Shown in pieces: positions 41,827 to 47,573 of a DNA stretch of 47,573 nucleotides (within the stretch, counting starts at the first letter, position 1; the number at the start of each line of letters is the position of its first letter). The notes beneath the pieces are model-generated. The model was not told the origin of the DNA. It saw nothing but the letters and a program-made list of their open reading frames with translations, and ran no database searches. Origin of the DNA: an uncultured Eubacteriales bacterium (GTDB lineage Bacteria > Acidobacteriota > Aminicenantia > Aminicenantales > UBA4085); assembly GCA_964411395.1 (NCBI GenBank), contig CAYPKX010000005.1, positions 2,958-50,530 of the forward strand, read 5' to 3'. The translations under genes and the position numbers were made by a program.

Positions 41827-44328
41827 ATGGCTGCCAAAAAAGAATCGCCGTTCGGCGAACGGGAAATCCGCAAGCGTCCGTCGACCCGGCGGGTTCGGCT
41901 GATGCTTGAACGCTACCTGGCGTCTCCCCTGACGATCGATGTTGAATACATCCGCTTTTATACGGAGGCCCATCGCCGGAGCGAAGGTCGGGGCGCCCTG
42001 GCCCGCCGGGCCGAAGCCCACGCCTCGGCTCTGGAACGGCTGACTCCCGTCATCCGGGAGGGCGAGCCGTTTGTCGGAAGCAAAACACGGTTTGTCCGCG
42101 GAGCCATTCCGTACTGCAATTATGCCAGCCGGTTCGTCCTGAGCGAGTTCAAGCGCGAGGACGCCGAGCATCAGGATCGGGTGATCGATCTCGGGACGGG
42201 CGGAGGAATCGCCAAAACCCGGGAGCTTTCTTCAGCCGGCGACTATGAACTTTTCGGAAGGAAATTTCTTCTGGCCAAAGCGGACAAACCCGTTCTCAAG
42301 GCCTGCGCCGAGTATTTCCAGGGCAAGTGCATGCAGGATGTCGGAGACGCGCTCTGGAAAGCGGAGAAGGCCCGGGCCGAATACATCGAGAAGGGATGGA
42401 AGGCCGGCCTCTACACCGCCCCGCACGACCCGGCCCCGGAGGGGCGCTATGTTCTGGATTTTGAAACCGCCCTGAAGGACGGCTTCGATAAGATCATCAG
42501 CCGGATGAAGAAAAAAATCGCCTCGACCGATCCGGCGGCCCCCGGCGCGGCGGATCAGATCGCCTTCTGGCACGGCGGCATCCGGGTTCTCGAGGCAACC
42601 GTCCGCTGGGCCCGAAATTATGCTTCCGAAGCCCGCCGCCTGGCCCGGACGGAAATGAATCTCCGGCGCCGGGCCGAGCTTCTGGAGATGGCCCGGATCT
42701 GCGATAAAGTGCCGGCCAAACCTCCGAAAACTTTCCGCGAAGCCATGCAGGCCTTCTGGTTCACGTACCTGGCCGGCCACATCGAGGGGGCCCATCTCGG
42801 ATATTCCCCGGGCCGGTTCGATCGGTACATGTTTCCGTTCTTCCGAGCCGATCTCGAAGCCGGGAAAATCACCAGAGCCGAAGCGCTCGAGCTTTTGGAA
42901 GCCCTCCGGGTCAAGATGACCGAGATCGAATACGTCGCCTCCTTTTCCTGGGAAGGCCTGGGCTCGGGAAACTTGTTCCAGAATATGATTCTCGGCGGCT
43001 TGGATGAAAAGGGCCGCCCGGCCGCCAATGCGCTTTCCCTCCTTGTCCTCCAGTCGGCCATCAACTGCCAGACCACTCAGCCGACGCTTTCGATCTGGTA
43101 CGACGAGCGGCTGCCGCAGGCCTTCCTTCGGAAAGCGGTCGATTGCGTCAAGACCGGGTGCGGTTTTCCGGCCTGGTTCAACACCAAGGTCTATATCGAG
43201 CATGAAAAGAGAAAAAGCGGCTTGCCCGAGTCGATGATCCGGAAATATGCAGCCATGGGCGGCTGCACCGAACCGACGATGGAGGGGATGAGCTACGGCA
43301 TCGTCCAGGCCGGTTTCATCAACCACGGCAAGCTTCTCGAGCTGGCCATGTCCGGCGGGACCGATCCCCGGACCGGAGTGGAGTTTGAAAAAACGCCGCG
43401 GCCGTCCGATTATGCGGGCTTGAAGGCGGCCTACAAGGTCCACCTCAAAAGCGCCGTCGACAACTGGCAGAAATACTGGAACCAGGTCATGGCCGGCCAC
43501 CGGCAAACCTGCACCCTGGTCTATTCGTCCACTCTGGTCCGCGATTGCATCGAACGCGGGAAGTCGCTCGACGACGGCGGAGCCCGGGTCAACGGGACGC
43601 CGACGACCTTGAGCAGCGGCCTGGTCAATGTGGTCAATGCCCTGGCCGCCGTCAAACACATCGTCGATGACAACAAGACCGCGTCCTTCGACGAGCTGCG
43701 CGAGGCCTGCGCGAAAAACTGGAAGGGATTCGGACGGCTCCACCGTCGGGCTCTCGACGCTCCGAAATGGGGCAACAACGATGACGCGGCCGACCGGATC
43801 TACGACGAGCTTTACCGGGATTATTGCGATATCGTCGAGCGCGGTCTCAATTACCTGGGCCGGCCCTATGATCCGTCGATGCTGGCCATCAGCACCCACA
43901 CGCCATTCGGCAAAGTCTGCGGGGCGACGCCCGACGGCCGGACGGCCGGCGAGTCTCTGGCCGACGGCGTCACTTCGCCGATGCCCGGGACCGATGTCCG
44001 CGGCCCGCTGGCTGTCCTTCATTCGGCCGGCAAGATCGATCATACCCGCATCCGCGGCGGCCTGCACAACATGAAGTTTCATCCCTCGGTTCTTCACGGG
44101 AGCGCGGGATCGCGAAAGCTCCTGGACCTGATCCGGACATATTTTCAGACTCCCGGTTTCCAGATCCAGTTCAATGTTGTCGACAGCCGGATGCTCCGTG
44201 ACGCTCAGGACCATCCGGACCAATACCGCGATTTGATCGTTCGGGTGGCCGGTTTCTCCGCCTTTTTCGTCGAGCTCGGCAAATCGGTCCAGGACCAGAT
44301 CATCGCCCGGACCGATCACCGGTGGTAA
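41827..44328 (+). CDS. Glycyl radical enzyme, PFL2/eliminase-like class, substrate unassigned
   Basis: 833 aa from the ATG at 41827; the ORF-track start at 41686 is upstream of the promoter and SD. C-terminal glycyl radical fingerprint LIVRVAGFSAFFVELG (Gly codon 44251-44253). Single thiyl-loop Cys in AAMGGCTEP (Cys codon 43264-43266) with Glu two residues later. FQNMILGG is present. Confidence 0.9.
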   Translation: MAAKKESPFGEREIRKRPSTRRVRLMLERYLASPLTIDVEYIRFYTEAHRRSEGRGALARRAEAHASALERLTPVIREGEPFVGSKTRFVRGAIPYCNYASRFVLSEFKREDAEHQDRVIDLGTGGGIAKTRELSSAGDYELFGRKFLLAKADKPVLKACAEYFQGKCMQDVGDALWKAEKARAEYIEKGWKAGLYTAPHDPAPEGRYVLDFETALKDGFDKIISRMKKKIASTDPAAPGAADQIAFWHGGIRVLEATVRWARNYASEARRLARTEMNLRRRAELLEMARICDKVPAKPPKTFREAMQAFWFTYLAGHIEGAHLGYSPGRFDRYMFPFFRADLEAGKITRAEALELLEALRVKMTEIEYVASFSWEGLGSGNLFQNMILGGLDEKGRPAANALSLLVLQSAINCQTTQPTLSIWYDERLPQAFLRKAVDCVKTGCGFPAWFNTKVYIEHEKRKSGLPESMIRKYAAMGGCTEPTMEGMSYGIVQAGFINHGKLLELAMSGGTDPRTGVEFEKTPRPSDYAGLKAAYKVHLKSAVDNWQKYWNQVMAGHRQTCTLVYSSTLVRDCIERGKSLDDGGARVNGTPTTLSSGLVNVVNALAAVKHIVDDNKTASFDELREACAKNWKGFGRLHRRALDAPKWGNNDDAADRIYDELYRDYCDIVERGLNYLGRPYDPSMLAISTHTPFGKVCGATPDGRTAGESLADGVTSPMPGTDVRGPLAVLHSAGKIDHTRIRGGLHNMKFHPSVLHGSAGSRKLLDLIRTYFQTPGFQIQFNVVDSRMLRDAQDHPDQYRDLIVRVAGFSAFFVELGKSVQDQIIARTDHRW

Positions 44329-45233
44329 CCGGCCGGATCTTCAACATCCAGGACCTCTCGGTCCAGGACGGTCCCGGCATTCGGACGACCGTTTTTCTCA
44401 AGGGCTGCCCGCTCCGCTGCGCCTGGTGCTGCAATCCGGAAGGACAAGCCGAGGCCTTCGATCTGCAGCATATCGAGGGCTTGTGCCGGCAATGCCGGCA
44501 GTGTCTGGCCGTTTGTCCTTTTTCGGCGGTCCGGATCGGAGCCGACGGGAGGCCTCGGTTCCGCAGATCGATCTGCCGCACCTGCCTGAAGAAACCGTGT
44601 CTGGACGCCTGTCACGGCCGGGCCCTGCGTTCGTCCGGCCGGGAGGCGCGGGCGGACGAAATCGTCCGCCTCGTGGACGCCAATCTGGCGTATTTCCAAA
44701 ATTCCGGCGGCGGCATCACCCTCTCCGGCGGAGAGCCGCTCCGTCAGCCGGATTTCGCCCGGTCGATTCTTGCGGCTTGCCGCGGTCGGGGGGTATCCGT
44801 CGGACTGGAAACGTGCGGGGGATTCGAATGGGCCAGGGTCGAGGATTTTATCGGCGGCTTCGATTTCTTCTATTTCGACCTCAAGTGTTATGACCCGGCC
44901 CGCCACCGCCGTTTGACCGGCCGGGTCAACGCGCCCCTTCTGGCAAATTTCCGCCGTCTGGCGAAAATCGCCGGCCCGCGGATCATCGTCACTTTGACCC
45001 TCGTCCCCGGCGTCAACGACTTGCCGAAAGAGTGGTCGACGCTGGCCCGGCTTTGCCGCGAAACCGGCGTTCGGCGGATCCGGCTGCTCGAATATCATGA
45101 CCTCGGACGGGAAAAATACCGGTCGCTCGGCCGGACCTATCCCCTTCCCCCTGGCCTCGAGCTCGAGAAAGGGATCAAGGCGGCCTGCGGAAAATTCCTC
45201 CGCTCCAAGGGTTTGAAGATCGAACGGGAATAA
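44322..45233 (+). CDS. Glycyl radical enzyme activating enzyme (radical SAM, with auxiliary ferredoxin-like clusters)
   Basis: 303 aa. The GTG start overlaps the GRE stop by 7 nt. GPGIRTTVFLKGCPLRCAWCCNPE contains CX3CX2C. Extra Cys motifs CRQCRQCLAVCP and CRTCLKKPCLDAC. SAM-binding LSGGEPL. Confidence 0.9.
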   Translation: MVTGRIFNIQDLSVQDGPGIRTTVFLKGCPLRCAWCCNPEGQAEAFDLQHIEGLCRQCRQCLAVCPFSAVRIGADGRPRFRRSICRTCLKKPCLDACHGRALRSSGREARADEIVRLVDANLAYFQNSGGGITLSGGEPLRQPDFARSILAACRGRGVSVGLETCGGFEWARVEDFIGGFDFFYFDLKCYDPARHRRLTGRVNAPLLANFRRLAKIAGPRIIVTLTLVPGVNDLPKEWSTLARLCRETGVRRIRLLEYHDLGREKYRSLGRTYPLPPGLELEKGIKAACGKFLRSKGLKIERE

Positions 45234-45400
45234 AACCGGCGGGTCGGCGGCGCCCCTTCTTCCGGAGCCGAAGATATCGGCTTCATTCCACGCCGCAGAG
45301 AGAAGCGAATCACGGTTTTAGGTGCTATCCGTCTCCCCGACCAATTCCGGCGCTTGACTTTGACAGGGATTGGGCTCTATCCTCACCCCAAGGAGGGTTC

Positions 45401-46279
45401 ATGAAAACGAAAAACCTGTTTATTCTTCTCTCCTGTGTTCTTTTTCTTCTGATCCCGTCGGCCGCCTTTCCGTCCGGGCTTTCCCTCGGATTCCGGTTTT
45501 ACGGCGGTCTCCACTCCCTTTCGGGCGGAGACCTGAACACGGGAATGGCCGGGCAGAGCAAGCTCTTTGAGATCCAGGCCGGCCTGGCCGGGATGGATGT
45601 TGACGGGGAATTTGAGGATGTTCGCTGGGGTTTCATCGGGGGAGGGGACCTGATGATTTCCTTCGCCCCTTGGCTCGGGCTGGAAATCGGCGGCGGATAC
45701 GTCTCGGCTTCCAAGGAATCGGTCATCGCCTATGAGGGCGCGCCGGACGAGGGCTCGTGGACGGTCAAGCCTTCCGCCGCGGCCGTGCCGATCCGGGCGG
45801 GATTGTTTGTTCTTTTCCCGATCGGCTCCGGTTTATCCGTGTCCGTCCACGGAGGCGCGGCGTATCACCTGGCTACGGTGGAAACTGCGTTTCGTGTCGA
45901 AAGCGAAGTCTCCGGGCTATGGCGCGGGGAGAGCGTGAAGGCCTCCGCCGAGGGAATCGGCTTCTACGGCGGCTTGGGGCTGGAGCTTCGGATCGCTCCG
46001 GGCGTCTTCTTTCTCCTCGAGGCTCAGGGCCGGCTGGCCCGCCTGGATGGATTCGAAGGCGACCTTGCGATGACCGACAGCCTCGGTTCGGCGGACGGGC
46101 GTTCGGGCAAGCTCTACCATTTCGCGGTGGATCTTCCCTCGGGGCTTTCGGAGTCCGGCCTGAATTGGCTTTCGATTTATGAGGAGGCGCCTGCCGGATA
46201 CGGTCTTTCCGAGGTCCGGCCGGCTCAAGTGGATTTCGGCGGCCTCGGATTCGCGGCCGGCTTCGTCATCCGGCTTTGA
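45401..46279 (+). CDS. Putative outer-membrane beta-barrel protein (hypothetical)
   Basis: 292 aa with SD AAGGAGGG. Signal peptide MKTKNLFILLSCVLFLLIPSAAFP. Gly/aromatic-rich alternating strands (GLSLGFRFYGGL, GFYGGLGLELRI, GGLGFAAGFVIRL at the C-terminus). Confidence 0.5.
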   Translation: MKTKNLFILLSCVLFLLIPSAAFPSGLSLGFRFYGGLHSLSGGDLNTGMAGQSKLFEIQAGLAGMDVDGEFEDVRWGFIGGGDLMISFAPWLGLEIGGGYVSASKESVIAYEGAPDEGSWTVKPSAAAVPIRAGLFVLFPIGSGLSVSVHGGAAYHLATVETAFRVESEVSGLWRGESVKASAEGIGFYGGLGLELRIAPGVFFLLEAQGRLARLDGFEGDLAMTDSLGSADGRSGKLYHFAVDLPSGLSESGLNWLSIYEEAPAGYGLSEVRPAQVDFGGLGFAAGFVIRL

Positions 46280-46324
46280 GGGCGGCGGCCGGAAGGATTT
46301 CAGATTGCCAGCAAGGAGGAAAAA

Positions 46325-46852
46325 ATGAATAAAACGACAAAGGGAATCGTGATGGGGTTTGTTTTCATCGGTTTGAATCTCGGGCTGGGAGCGGATTTCG
46401 GAAGCGGAGTTGTCTCCGTTTCGCCGGCCGCGATGCAGCCGAACGATTACCAGATGGGATCCCTCAACTGGTATACCTATCCGCATGAGGCGTTTTACAA
46501 CAGCGGTTATCCCAACAGCGCGTATATGGAAGCCCCGATTTCGTTGCCGCACATGGCGACGATAACCGGCTTTTCGGCCGTGGTCACGGATAACGGTTCC
46601 GGACCCGACGACGAAATCTGGGTGATTCTCCGTCGGCAGAACATCGCCACGGGCGTGCTGGAGAGCATCGGGATGGTGCAGACGACGGCCGGCTTCTCGT
46701 CGTCCATCCGCCAGACCCTGACCGACTCTTCCCTCTACTACACGACGATCGACAACGAGAATTACACCTATTCCGTCCTGGTCAGGTTTTACCTTCCCCG
46801 CTCCTATATCAAGTTCCATGGGGCGAAGGTCCAGTACTGGTCGGTTCTTTGA
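46325..46852 (+). CDS. Hypothetical small secreted/anchored protein
   Basis: 175 aa with SD AAGGAGGA. N-terminal hydrophobic segment GIVMGFVFIGLNLGL. Beta-rich, Tyr/Thr/Ser-rich. No family recognised. Confidence 0.45.
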   Translation: MNKTTKGIVMGFVFIGLNLGLGADFGSGVVSVSPAAMQPNDYQMGSLNWYTYPHEAFYNSGYPNSAYMEAPISLPHMATITGFSAVVTDNGSGPDDEIWVILRRQNIATGVLESIGMVQTTAGFSSSIRQTLTDSSLYYTTIDNENYTYSVLVRFYLPRSYIKFHGAKVQYWSVL

Positions 46853-47018
46853 CCGCGGCGGCTGGGCGCCGCAAGGGAAGGTCGGAATTTCGCCTCGAGG
46901 GCGTGTTGAAGGCGCCCCGGTCTTCGAATTGCCGATGGACTTTTTCTGAAGATTTGTGAATAATGCGGGCGAGCGCGAGGGCGCTCGCCATGACCGTCCG
47001 AAATTGCGAGGAGATCCC

Positions 47019-47573
47019 ATGAGAAAATCCGCCGGGTATTGTTTTCTGTCTTTGGCCCTTCTCCTTTCCTTCGCGGCTGCGGCCGCCGCGGCACCCGTCA
47101 AGTTCGCCCGCACACCCCATATCGCCGGAGAAAAAATCGCTTTCTCCTATCACGGCGACATCTGGATCGCCGGGGCCGACGGCTCCGACCCGCGCCGGCT
47201 GACGGCCCACGTCGGGATGGACATGTCCCCGCGCTTCTCTCCCGACGGAGCCTCGATCGCTTTTACGAGCGACCGCATGGGCAATAACGACGTCTATGTC
47301 ATCCCGGCCTCCGGCGGCGAGCCGGTCCAGCTGACCTTTATGACCGGAGATGATTCGGCTCTTTATTGGACTCCCGACGGCTCGGGCGTGCTCTTCGCCA
47401 CGAACCGGGGATCTCGGGCCTGGGGAAGCCCCTTGCACACGGTTTCGATCAAGGGCGGATTGCCGCTTCCCCTTCCCATGGACCAGGCCGCCCTGGGCAT
47501 GATTTCCCAGGATGGCAAGAAGATCGCTTTCAACCGGATCGCCCCGCGCTACTGGCGCAAGGGCTATAAAGGC
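47019..47573 (+). CDS. Tricorn-protease-like / TolB-like beta-propeller peptidase, N-terminal fragment (runs off the window)
   Basis: Hand-translated open frame from the ATG at 47019 (SD GAGGAG upstream). Signal peptide MRKSAGYCFLSLALLLSFAAAAAA. Then PHIAGEKIAFSYHGDIWIAGADGSDPRRLTAH, SPRFSPDGASIAFTSDRMGNNDVYVIPASGGEPVQLTF, and RYWRKGYKG, typical of tricorn-like N-termini as I recall. No stop before the window end. Confidence 0.7.
   Translation, partial: MRKSAGYCFLSLALLLSFAAAAAAAPVKFARTPHIAGEKIAFSYHGDIWIAGADGSDPRRLTAHVGMDMSPRFSPDGASIAFTSDRMGNNDVYVIPASGGEPVQLTFMTGDDSALYWTPDGSGVLFATNRGSRAWGSPLHTVSIKGGLPLPLPMDQAALGMISQDGKKIAFNRIAPRYWRKGYKG

Noticed and set aside
42232-44319. 695-aa minus-strand ORF antisense to the glycyl radical enzyme
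   Set aside because: The plus-strand product has the glycyl radical fingerprint and thiyl loop. The antisense frame is compositionally biased and featureless.
45917-47113. 398-aa minus-strand ORF spanning two plus-strand genes and an intergenic region
   Set aside because: It crosses two genes with strong SDs and signal peptides. Its product is Arg/Pro/Gly-rich with no motif.
1-47573. Visual search for CRISPR repeats, tRNA/rRNA genes, IS elements, integrases, retron/DGR reverse transcriptases and phage genes
   Set aside because: Reading the intergenic regions and the ORF translations turned up none. This was a visual scan, not a computed one, so short or degenerate elements could have been missed.

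Overview
GC-rich bacterial chromosomal segment (GC judged by eye, not computed). It is densely coded, with many 4-nt ATGA start/stop overlaps. I call 36 protein-coding genes. I saw no rRNA, tRNA, CRISPR array, transposase, integrase or phage genes, so this looks like core chromosome rather than a mobile island. Gene content (Asp-box/sortilin-like protein, tricorn-like protease, NHL propeller, Y_Y_Y diguanylate cyclase, Shine-Dalgarno sites, canonical TTGACA-17-TATAAT promoters) loosely suggests an uncultured Acidobacteriota/Aminicenantes-like anaerobe, but that is speculation.

Layout:
- 189-4144: YfiR-like protein, CHASE8-like histidine kinase, stand-alone receiver, receiver-HisKA_2 kinase.
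- 4243-11313: exported DUF6569/ARPP-1-like protein, histidine kinase, OmpR-type regulator, propeller/Y_Y_Y GGDEF cyclase.
- 17077-11310, minus strand: valS, LarA-like nickel-pincer racemase homolog, glycerate kinase.
- 17160-18034: small lower-GC islet with a nucleotidyltransferase-fold gene and two mini-ORFs.
- 18106-22644: saccharopine dehydrogenase-family gene and a large Asp-box (BNR) protein.
- 22990-23658: plus-strand multi-pass membrane protein gene, transcribed divergently from the Asp-box gene.
- 34100-23670: long minus-strand run of thrC, phosphoglycerate-mutase-like proposed homoserine kinase, DUF885, then a 5-gene envelope ABC/LolA-like operon.
- 34226-40843: amidase, HAD phosphatase, hemW, MFS transporter, NHL propeller.
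- 40874-45233: SDR oxidoreductase divergent from an orphan glycyl radical enzyme and its activase.
- 45401-47573: two secreted hypothetical proteins and the 5' end of a tricorn-like protease.

The best candidate for undescribed biology is the unassigned glycyl radical enzyme locus. Next come the LarA-homolog/glycerate-kinase pair and the exported ARPP-1-like protein coupled to a two-component/c-di-GMP module. All family assignments rest on motifs read by eye and recalled family signatures; no database search was run.
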